Shown in pieces: positions 1 through 7,997 of a stretch of 14,635 nt of DNA (position 1 is the stretch's first letter; every line of letters begins with the position of its first letter). Below the pieces are notes generated by a model that was given only the letters and a program-made list of their open reading frames with translations, ran no database searches and was not told the origin of the DNA. The DNA is from Vulcanisaeta sp. AZ3 (GTDB lineage Archaea > Thermoproteota > Thermoprotei > Thermoproteales > Thermocladiaceae): positions 1 to 14,635 of the forward strand of contig JZWU02000033.1 in NCBI GenBank assembly GCA_000960865.2. Direction: 5' to 3'. A program made the translations under genes and the position numbers.

Positions 1-748
1 AGTACTACTTAGCCAAGGCTGGTATATTGGCCGTTAGAAGGGTTAAGAGAAGCGATATTGAGAAGCTCGTTAGGGCGACTGGCGGTAGGCTCATTACGAA
101 TATTGAGGATATGACTGAGAATGATCTGGGCTTCGCCGGACTTGTTGAGGAGAGGAGGGTTGGGGATGAGAAGATGGTGTTGTTGAACAGTGTAAGAATC
201 CAAAGGCCGTTAGCATACTTATTAGGGGTGGCTTTGAGAGGTTGGTTGATGAGGCAGAGAGGAACTTAACCGATGCTCTTAGTGTTGTATCTGATGTAAT
301 CGAGGAGCCATACGTATTACCAGGTGGTGGTGCCCCTGAGATGGAGGTTGCTAAGGTTGTTAGGCAGTTCGCGAGTAAGGTTGGTGGTAGAGAACAGTAT
401 GCTGTTGAAGCTTTTGCAAATGCTGTGGAAGTAATACCAAAAACTCTAGCTGAGAATGCGGGCCTTGACGCCATTGATACATTAACTGAGCTAAGGCATA
501 TACATGAGAGTAAAGAGGATGGATGGAAGTACGGCATAAACGTCTTTACAGGGAAGGTTTCAGACATGTGGTCTTTAGACGTCATTGAACCATTAGCTGT
601 GAAAATACAAGCCCTTAAGGCAGCTGTAGAGGCCACAACAATGGTACTTAGGATTGACGAGATAATTGCTGCTAGCAAGATTGAGAGCGGTAAGGAGAAG
701 ACGGAAGGCGGAGGAGAGGGTAAAGGCGAAACTTCCTCAATGGAGTAA
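1..748 (+). CDS. ths: Thermosome (group II chaperonin) subunit, 3' part; apparent 1-nt deletion frameshift at 180-181
   Basis: Frame 3 reads YYLAKAGILAVRRVKRSDIEKLVRATGG...VEERRVGDEKMV. After the two bases TT (180-181), frame 2 continues VEQCKNPKAVSILIRGGFERLVDEAERNLTDALSVV...PGGGAPEME...LAENAGLD...VLRIDEIIAA, all typical group II chaperonin motifs. The track splits it into 27..269 and 242..748. Alpha vs beta subunit not resolved. Confidence 0.95.
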
Positions 749-768
749 TACCATACTCATTAAAATAC

Positions 769-1494
769 TTATAAGACTAATAATAAAAACATTGAAATAT
801 TAATTTCAATGCCAAGCTCCCTTTTGAATATTCTTAAGGAAAGGAGGAGAACCATTAATATTAACACTTGAATTAGCACTATGAACAATAAGTTCCAATG
901 AACGCCAAGCAACTGGAGAGATTTCGCGACCGCGGGTATTGCGAAAAGAAGTATGTAGTAACCCACCATTATTGTCCTTAAACCTCTCCTAAACATGCTT
1001 ATCGTCAACTTATCACTTGCAAACCTAATGGCGAGTATATACCTTGCTAGGCCGATCTCAGTCATTGATAAATCACCTTCCAACTCTCTAGAAAGTAATG
1101 AATCTAATAAGTCATTACCCTTATTATTTAATGCTCTAAGTACGTAGAACCATTTACGCGAATCTTCAATACCGAGAACATCCACCAATATTGAACCCTT
1201 ACCGCTAATTATGTTATTAATAAAATCATCATATACTTTCATGGACTTCAATAACTCATAGTTTAACTTAACCTTAAGGGTTAAGAATAACCTTTTAATA
1301 ATTAACACGGCCGTTGCTATGAATATGGGTGTTAAGAGCGAAAGATAAGGACTTGTAAGTGTTGATATTATAAATAAGGCAATCGGTCCTATCGAGATAG
1401 TTCCAATTATTATTGTTAATGATTTTTCAAAAGAATCTAAAACTTCCTGAGCCTTAGCTTTAGCATTACCTGATAAATACTCATTAATGCTCAT
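769..1494 (-). CDS. Polytopic membrane protein, possible minimal TadB/TadC (T2SS F-like) platform protein
   Basis: Two N-terminal and two to three C-terminal hydrophobic segments flank a helical soluble region. It overlaps the upstream secretion ATPase by 11 bp. The family call rests on topology and context only. Confidence 0.6.
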   Translation of the reverse strand: MSINEYLSGNAKAKAQEVLDSFEKSLTIIIGTISIGPIALFIISTLTSPYLSLLTPIFIATAVLIIKRLFLTLKVKLNYELLKSMKVYDDFINNIISGKGSILVDVLGIEDSRKWFYVLRALNNKGNDLLDSLLSRELEGDLSMTEIGLARYILAIRFASDKLTISMFRRGLRTIMVGYYILLFAIPAVAKSLQLLGVHWNLLFIVLIQVLILMVLLLSLRIFKRELGIEINISMFLLLVL

Positions 1495-3142
1495 AGTTAT
1501 TCACGAACATACTATTTAATTCATAATTTAATTTAATTGCATAATCCACATAATTGTAAATTTTTCTTAATTTAATGATAATATTAGAAATAATATTCAG
1601 TTGATCTTGATTAAACATAAGATCTTGTGGATACACTATCGTCTTAACTCTACGTTCCGTATTCGCCCTTTCCATAATAATTATTATATACTTGCTTAAA
1701 TCGATAATATTATCTAGGGAAAAGATTCTCAGTCTATTTATTAATGATTGAATGCTATCTGCATGTGTCGTAGCCAATACCTGGAGTCCTGCATTAACTC
1801 CGTGAACTAATGCCTCAAAATGCTCCTTCTCCCTTAATTCACCAATTATTAATATACCATAACCTCTATGTAACGACTTTAGAACCTCCTCTGCCTTACC
1901 GATTATTGACCTAACCTTAACGCTGGGTGTTGGCAATTCGAGGGATTCGTCTGCCTCGTCTATGTATATTCTCCTGAGGTTTAGTGGTATTGCCATATCT
2001 AACGCATTTAAAAGAGTTGTTTTTCCACTTGATGGAGGGCCTATTATTAATACATTGTACTCATTACGTAGTGATAAAATAAGTTTACTAGCATCGGTTA
2101 TGTTTAATGCATTTGTACTTATTAGGTTGCTTATTGTAAATGGCCTCTTATGAAGCCTAATATGTACAGCAATACCCTCGACAAGTGGCCACCTATCTAC
2201 CGTAATTCTAAGCCTTCTTCCTGCAATATCGATTGCGAATTTACCGCTTGGGTTGTCCGTAGAAACTCTAACACCACTAATATTAGCTAACCTTAATAGT
2301 TGCCTAGCAATGACTTGTGAATTAATGTTCAATACGATACATGTGCCGTATTTTATATGGTTTACGTACACGGAGTCTTGTGTTATGTATATATCCTCAA
2401 TATCCTTATCAAGAAGTAAAGGAGTTAATTCGCCTAGGTTAAGGCTTGCGAGGAGGATGGCCAATCGGTATTTTTTATCATCTATAAAAAGCGATAGAAA
2501 TTGGTCTCTAACAGAGATTAATGACGATAATGAATAATCACTATTCGGTACTACATTACGTACTATCTGCACTAAGTAATTCACATATTCATTAGAAACC
2601 CTATCAATGACGATTGAGCACTCATCAGTGTTTAGTTTATTCAATAATTTGTAAGAAAGTGAAATATTAATTGCGTCATTCGTTAGTTCATCATTTGGCT
2701 CATTATTAATAATTAGTAAAAAATCTCCTATACCTATTACGTATCCCTCATTATATGAACTTAGCTTAACTGCATCAGGATCCACCTTTTTAATGACTCC
2801 CAGGAGGAATCTATCCATTGAGTTTGTTATGTTAAGTTTTCGTGATATCCTAAGGACATCCTTAACGCTTAACTTGCCGCAACGATCCACGGCTTCAATA
2901 ATATCAGGATCTATCTTATCCTCTATTGCCATCTCAGCAAGGGACTTTGCTAATTTACATTTATTGAGATTCTTACATACCATGCAGTTAATTAGTTGGT
3001 GAGCAATTATGAACATGGCATTTGAGATTCCTCGTTCTTTACGAATAGTATGACGCCTTAACATTGATAATCCTAAATAATTATTCTCAATGAAATATAA
3101 AGGGGTAGAAATGTAGAGTTTAAGGGCATAGTTTATACACAT
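1484..3142 (-). CDS. Type II/IV secretion (TadA/VirB11/CpaF-like) ATPase
   Basis: PLLLDKDIEDIYI N-domain motif, Walker A GPPSSGKTTLL, Asp box YIDEADE, Walker B LIIGELR and His box ATTHA. The start is uncertain (3142, or ATG at 3064). Confidence 0.88.
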   Translation of the reverse strand: MCINYALKLYISTPLYFIENNYLGLSMLRRHTIRKERGISNAMFIIAHQLINCMVCKNLNKCKLAKSLAEMAIEDKIDPDIIEAVDRCGKLSVKDVLRISRKLNITNSMDRFLLGVIKKVDPDAVKLSSYNEGYVIGIGDFLLIINNEPNDELTNDAINISLSYKLLNKLNTDECSIVIDRVSNEYVNYLVQIVRNVVPNSDYSLSSLISVRDQFLSLFIDDKKYRLAILLASLNLGELTPLLLDKDIEDIYITQDSVYVNHIKYGTCIVLNINSQVIARQLLRLANISGVRVSTDNPSGKFAIDIAGRRLRITVDRWPLVEGIAVHIRLHKRPFTISNLISTNALNITDASKLILSLRNEYNVLIIGPPSSGKTTLLNALDMAIPLNLRRIYIDEADESLELPTPSVKVRSIIGKAEEVLKSLHRGYGILIIGELREKEHFEALVHGVNAGLQVLATTHADSIQSLINRLRIFSLDNIIDLSKYIIIIMERANTERRVKTIVYPQDLMFNQDQLNIISNIIIKLRKIYNYVDYAIKLNYELNSMFVNNYEH

Positions 3143-3950
3143 AATCTCTCAATGTAAATGGACTTACTTGAGCAGCCTCTGCTACGTCCTCTATTCTTAG
3201 CTCACGACCTTCTCTCTTACTTACACAATATATTATCGCAGCCGCTAGATTTATTGGACTTTTTGATTGTACGAACGATCTCTCTAATCCATTAAGGAAT
3301 TCCTCAGTCTTTGGATAGAGATTTACCCATTGATCACCAAATAATCTAACGAGCCCTGACTTAACGTGAGCCAATACCCTATTCTTCAGGCTATATTTAA
3401 CGCCGATGGCCATTAACGACTCCCTTACAGTCTCAAAATTTAGTTTATGGCCTCTTGATTTGCATATATTAATAACGAGCTTTGTGCTTATTGGTAGGTT
3501 GTTTGTGAGTATTACATGCAGCACTGCAGCAATTGCCGCTTGATAATACCTCACGCGATCATTGTTCATTCTCTCCTTACTTATTATTTTACGAAAAATT
3601 ATCTTAGCCTCCTCGGCATACGTATTGTCAATGCCAAGAGATCTGACTATGAAGTTTATGCACTCATATGCCCTATATATTGAGTAACTCTCATGCTTTG
3701 TCCTGAGCCTTTTGTCTATTATTTTCAGTTTCTTATAGATACTGAGCTTTAAACTATTGTCCTTCTTAATGCTCCTCTCAACGGATCTCCATATTGGTGA
3801 TAAATCGATTTCATCGCTATTATATAGTGGTGATGCTTGTGTGTACGTATCGTATACGTATACAGAGCTTAAGACGCTAGCGCAATCAATGCATACATAC
3901 TGACCATCTCTCTCAATTATTCTTGAACTTCCACAGTATGGACATTTCAT
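3120..3950 (-). CDS. Divergent transcription initiation factor IIB (TFB) paralog
   Basis: N-terminal Zn ribbon CPYC...CIDC, two cyclin-like repeats (EEAKIIFRKI...AAIAAVLHV; KSPINLAAAIIYCV) and a C-terminal helix-turn-helix IEDVAEAAQVSPFTLRDY. Confidence 0.85.
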   Translation of the reverse strand: MKCPYCGSSRIIERDGQYVCIDCASVLSSVYVYDTYTQASPLYNSDEIDLSPIWRSVERSIKKDNSLKLSIYKKLKIIDKRLRTKHESYSIYRAYECINFIVRSLGIDNTYAEEAKIIFRKIISKERMNNDRVRYYQAAIAAVLHVILTNNLPISTKLVINICKSRGHKLNFETVRESLMAIGVKYSLKNRVLAHVKSGLVRLFGDQWVNLYPKTEEFLNGLERSFVQSKSPINLAAAIIYCVSKREGRELRIEDVAEAAQVSPFTLRDYVYKLCP

Positions 3951-3974
3951 GTTAGGTAATGTGTTACTCTATGG

Positions 3975-3983
3975 TTTAATAAG
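3975..3983 (-). promoter_or_regulatory. TATA box of the TFB-paralog unit (probably leaderless)
   Basis: CTTATTAAA on the minus strand ends 24 nt upstream of the ATG at 3950. Confidence 0.5.
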
Positions 3984-4060
3984 CCACGTGCTTCTATACC
4001 ATAGAAATCAGGATTTATTAAATTAAACCCTAGGGTGTGTGAGTTTATTGAAAGTTTCAC

Positions 4061-4411
4061 TTACCTAATTAGTTTTAGCCCGATGTAAACCTTCTCGCCA
4101 ATCCTGGCCTCGTCTTTAAAATTATTAATGTCAAGTATTAGGCCACCTATCGATATTTTGACTAAACCTTCACTCACGTAATAAACGACACCACTCATAT
4201 ACACGTCCCAATTGGTTACATAATTAGGATCTCTATCATTGCTAATGCTAATCCTAATATTGTTTCCCTGCTTAATATTAACACCAACAGCATCTTTAGG
4301 ATACTCAAGGACCAGGAAGAATCCTGATTGGCTTTCCATCTTAAGCCTAACTACGCCTTGGTAACTAGTTTCCTCAACATTAATAACCCTGAAATCAGCG
4401 CTTAAATGCAT
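4061..4411 (-). CDS. rpoG: DNA-directed RNA polymerase subunit G (Rpo8)
   Basis: 116-aa beta-rich protein with YMSGVVY and VKISIGGLIL motifs characteristic of Rpb8/RpoG. It sits next to an Lsm gene and tgtA. Confidence 0.8.
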   Translation of the reverse strand: MHLSADFRVINVEETSYQGVVRLKMESQSGFFLVLEYPKDAVGVNIKQGNNIRISISNDRDPNYVTNWDVYMSGVVYYVSEGLVKISIGGLILDINNFKDEARIGEKVYIGLKLIR

Positions 4412-4467
4412 CGTTATTTAGAAAGGAAAAGTACTAAAAAGCTTATCCCATGCTAAGCTGGGCAGTT

Positions 4468-4890
4468 ATGTCGTTATTAGCTGATGCAGTGAGGAGGTTC
4501 AACGCCGAACTACTCAACATGATTAATAAGGAGGTTAGAATAACGACAACCACAAATATGACATACCAGGGACTACTCGTGGGTGTTGATAACTCATTAA
4601 ACGTAATACTTGTAGATGCCATTAACAATAAGAATGAGAGATTTTCCAGGGTCTTAATAATGAGTCACTCAATCATAGATATGGTTCTCGTGGAGGAATT
4701 CATAGACCTCAGAGAATTTGCAAGGTACATAGATAAGTACTTCCCAGGTATGGTTAAGTACGTAGAGGAGGCAAATATAGTTCAGATAGGTAATGTTAAG
4801 GTAACTACAGCGGGTGTTGAGGGTTCAGGACCGCTGGCCAAGCGTGTCAAGGAGCTATTTGATGAGTTCCTATCGAAGCGAAAAACCTAG
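4468..4890 (+). CDS. Sm-like archaeal protein SmAP3 (Lsm domain plus C-terminal extension)
   Basis: Sm1 motif YQGLLVGVDNSLNVILVDA, followed by the C-terminal domain DLREFARYIDKYFPGMVKY...GVEGSGPLAKRVKELF. ATG 4468 is preferred over 4450 because a TATA-like element lies at about 4436-4447. Confidence 0.88.
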   Translation: MSLLADAVRRFNAELLNMINKEVRITTTTNMTYQGLLVGVDNSLNVILVDAINNKNERFSRVLIMSHSIIDMVLVEEFIDLREFARYIDKYFPGMVKYVEEANIVQIGNVKVTTAGVEGSGPLAKRVKELFDEFLSKRKT

Positions 4891-5221
4891 ATAATTAATC
4901 GTTGACTTTAATTAATTAGTTGCCTAATTTCTAACTAATAATTAATTAAAAGATTATGATAATGTTTAAAAAATAATTGCTAATCTCAAGAATATATTTG
5001 TATTTATGAAGCTTCTATATTTATCTAATTGTTGTAGCATTTCTTCAAACTTATTGTCTTCATACTATGCATAAATAGCAAGTAATCCAGCATTAATAAA
5101 TCCCCACACTAACGAAAAATAACTTCCGTAATCCAGGCTATGGATAGAGGGACCTGGGTATTTTTAATCCAGAGAAGGACCAGTTGTGTTTATTAACGTT
5201 AGCAATGTACGTATCCTGAGG

Positions 5222-6889
5222 ATGGTGTTTGAGATATTAGATAAGGATTTGGCTGGGAGGATTGGTAAGTTAAGGACTAGGTCAGGTGTTATTGAAACTC
5301 CTGCATTATTTCCTGTGGTGAATCCTGTGAAGCAAGTCGTATCATTGAAAGAAATTGAAGAGGCGGGTTTTAATCAAGTAATAACTAATGCTTATCTGTT
5401 AAAGAGACATTATGGAGATTTAATCAAGGATATTAATATACACAAATTCCTTAACTGGAATAAGCCAATAATGACTGATTCAGGTGCATACCAATTATTA
5501 ATGTATGGAAAAGTCGATGTTTCATCTGACGAGATACTCAAGTATGAAGTTGAGATAGGCACAGACATAGGCGTTATCTTGGACATACCAACTCAGTGGG
5601 GTAGGCCTAGGGAGGCAATTTTTCTAGAGGTTGAGGAGACTCTTAGGAGGGCTAGATTAGCCTTGCTGAGGCTTAAGGAGTGGGATCCAGAACATAGGAT
5701 GCTCATTGTTGGCCCAATACAAGGTGGTGATAAGCTCGATATACTAAGTTATGCAGCAGATAGGATGAGTGAGTTAGACTTCGATATATATGCCATAGGT
5801 TCGCCAACAACGCTCTTGGAAGATTATGACTTCTCAACAATAATTAGGATGATAACCACCGTGAAGTTAAGAGTACCACCAGGAAAGCCTATACATCTAT
5901 TCGGGGCAGGACACCCCTTAATACTGCCTTTTGCCGTGGCTATGGGTATTGACTTATTTGACTCAGCTAGTTACGTTCTTTACGCCCGTGATGATAGGAT
6001 AATACTCAGAGACAGAACTGTAAGGCTTAACGAGCTTAAGGTCGATAGAATACCTTGCAACTGCCCAGTCTGTAGGAGATACTCAGTTAAGGAATTAATG
6101 AGTATGGGGAGGTCTGAACGTGAGAAATTACTAGCAGTTCATAACCTCTATATGCTTTGGGAGGAGCTCCAAGAGATTAAGGCTAGGATTAAGGAGGGCA
6201 CTTTGTGGGAATACCTCGAGGAAAAGGCTGGCGGTGATGCAAGGGTGAGATCGGCATTACTAGCTTTGAGAAGAGGATTAAGGGGATTACTAAACCTTAT
6301 GCCTAACGAGTCAGGACGTGTGAGAGCATTGCACATAGTGTCCTTTGAATCTCTTCATAGGCCTGAAATCATCAGGCATATGGAGAAGCTTCTTGGGAAT
6401 TATGAACCGCCAAAAGGATGTGCGGTTCTCATATTACCCGGTGAGTACTTAGATAGACCATATATTAGGGATCCACTTATTTCCTGGCTGCTTAATCAAT
6501 TATCATCTAGTGGATTGCTGAGTAAGGTCCATGTTGTCATTAATAATCCAGTACTTGGGCCAATACCATACGAAATAAGCGAGGTATATCCATTATCACA
6601 ACATGAGTATCCTGAGCCAGTGCCTTCATATTTATTATCTTTTTCACGTTACCTACTACATGAGTACTTAACCTCATTAATACAGAGAGGTTTCACTGAC
6701 ATAATAATAATAACTAAGTCTGAATATGAAGATGACATGAGGAGGTTATTGGTGAAATTGAATCCCAAGGGTTCATTGATCCTTGGAGTTAGTTCTCGGG
6801 ATGAGTTATTTACATCAATATCATGGGCTATTAATATCATAAGTAGTTTTCAATGTATACATGGTGAATTAAGAAATAATTATATATAG
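5222..6889 (+). CDS. tgtA: Archaeosine tRNA-guanine(15) transglycosylase
   Basis: GRIGKL...ETPALFPV, TNAY, MTDSGAYQ, LDIP, PIQGG, HLFGAGHP, DLFDSASY and Zn site CNCPVC...HN. No C-terminal PUA domain is evident. ATG 5222 lies 25 nt after TTTATTAA (5189-5196). Confidence 0.95.
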   Translation: MVFEILDKDLAGRIGKLRTRSGVIETPALFPVVNPVKQVVSLKEIEEAGFNQVITNAYLLKRHYGDLIKDINIHKFLNWNKPIMTDSGAYQLLMYGKVDVSSDEILKYEVEIGTDIGVILDIPTQWGRPREAIFLEVEETLRRARLALLRLKEWDPEHRMLIVGPIQGGDKLDILSYAADRMSELDFDIYAIGSPTTLLEDYDFSTIIRMITTVKLRVPPGKPIHLFGAGHPLILPFAVAMGIDLFDSASYVLYARDDRIILRDRTVRLNELKVDRIPCNCPVCRRYSVKELMSMGRSEREKLLAVHNLYMLWEELQEIKARIKEGTLWEYLEEKAGGDARVRSALLALRRGLRGLLNLMPNESGRVRALHIVSFESLHRPEIIRHMEKLLGNYEPPKGCAVLILPGEYLDRPYIRDPLISWLLNQLSSSGLLSKVHVVINNPVLGPIPYEISEVYPLSQHEYPEPVPSYLLSFSRYLLHEYLTSLIQRGFTDIIIITKSEYEDDMRRLLVKLNPKGSLILGVSSRDELFTSISWAINIISSFQCIHGELRNNYI

Positions 6890-7614
6890 TGTGGTGGTCC
6901 CTCTTTTCTTTTCATTCTTTCTTGCATTTCCTTAATCTCCCTATCGATAATCTCTGCGAATTCTTTCAATCTACTTATATTAACCTCAACTCCTGTTAGC
7001 TCCTTGAGGAATTGAATGGCAACTATAGCTGCATTTGGATCAGCACGGAAAGGCTCCGCATATGGTAATATGGATATAGCTGGTATATTTAGTCTCTCAA
7101 ATTCATTCATGAGTAACGCTAAAGGCCCCATTATCACGTAATTTAACTCCATAAGCTTAACACCACCCAGAGAATATCTATTTCTGTACTCCGTTGTCAC
7201 GGCAACCCTTAATTGACCAAGATCTTCACCCCTTAACCTATTATCAAGGCCTCCGAAGAGTATGGCTTCCTTAAATCCATTCATATAAACCCAACGGGCA
7301 ATGGCTTTTACAACATCATGAGAATACTTAGTCATGAAATCCCCATTCCAGTGAATCAACGATATTGTGAAATTAGGCCCTGGACAGTAGTAAATCTCAC
7401 CGGGTGCCGATAATAAATCTTCACTGAATATATAGGCACTGAACGGCGGCTCTCTGGGCATCTCTATGAAGCCAACTCTATGGCAATCGAGGGTCTTAGA
7501 GAGGTGCTGAACAACTAATAAACCAACCATGCCAATTCCAGCAAAACCCGTTAGGAAGTAAGTAGGCTTCAATATAGGCTCCCTAATACTAATATTCACA
7601 ACCACAAAAGCCAT
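6880..7614 (-). CDS. PAC2-family proteasome assembly chaperone (PbaA/PbaB-like)
   Basis: TGFAGIGMVG, LFGGLD, IMGPLALL and ADPNAA motifs, plus a C-terminal helix ending ...PPHYI. Confidence 0.88.
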   Translation of the reverse strand: MAFVVVNISIREPILKPTYFLTGFAGIGMVGLLVVQHLSKTLDCHRVGFIEMPREPPFSAYIFSEDLLSAPGEIYYCPGPNFTISLIHWNGDFMTKYSHDVVKAIARWVYMNGFKEAILFGGLDNRLRGEDLGQLRVAVTTEYRNRYSLGGVKLMELNYVIMGPLALLMNEFERLNIPAISILPYAEPFRADPNAAIVAIQFLKELTGVEVNISRLKEFAEIIDREIKEMQERMKRKEGPPHYI

Positions 7615-7720
7615 AAGAATTTCAGTTTATAAAAGTATAAAGCCGTGGAGTTAAGTAGTAAATCATGAATTACTCTAAGATCCGCACTCTTTAAAAATAG
7701 GGCTTTTTAGACAGTACTCG

Positions 7721-7951
7721 ATGGGACGAGTAAGACCAAGGTACATAAAGAACCTCGCGAGGAGGTTGCTTGAGGTTTATCCGGACAAGTTCACTGATGA
7801 TTTTGAAAATAATAAGAGGATTGTTACTGACTTGACAGACATACAGTCAAAGACTGTTCGTAATAAAGTTGCTGGTGAGATAACGAGAATCATGAAGAGA
7901 AGGAAGGTTCAACCCGAGGAAAGTACCGAGGTTGAGTTAGAGAGTCAATAA
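7721..7951 (+). CDS. rps17e: 30S ribosomal protein S17e
   Basis: [10 protein letters not shown]...FTDDFENNK...[22 protein letters not shown] at 7690-7697. Confidence 0.96.
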   Translation: MGRVRPRYIKNLARRLLEVYPDKFTDDFENNKRIVTDLTDIQSKTVRNKVAGEITRIMKRRKVQPEESTEVELESQ

Positions 7952-7955
7952 AGTC

Positions 7956-7971
7956 GATAAAAGTTTATTAA
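7956..7971 (+). promoter_or_regulatory. BRE-TATA promoter of hsp20
   Basis: Purine-rich GATAAAAG followed by TTTATTAA, 26 nt before ATG 7998. Confidence 0.55.
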
Positions 7972-7997
7972 GAAAACTTGACTTCATATTATTGGTT

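Noticed and set aside
9-678. Minus-strand ORFs 9..203 and 94..678
   Set aside because: Antisense shadows of the thermosome gene with no recognisable motifs.
1962-3002. Plus-strand ORFs 1962..2153, 2253..2537 and 2793..3002
   Set aside because: Antisense to the secretion ATPase.
4049-4059. TGAAAGTTTCA palindrome containing ANTTTC, resembling the Sulfolobus DNA-damage promoter box
   Set aside because: A degenerate hexamer is expected by chance in AT-rich DNA, and the element is defined only for Sulfolobales.
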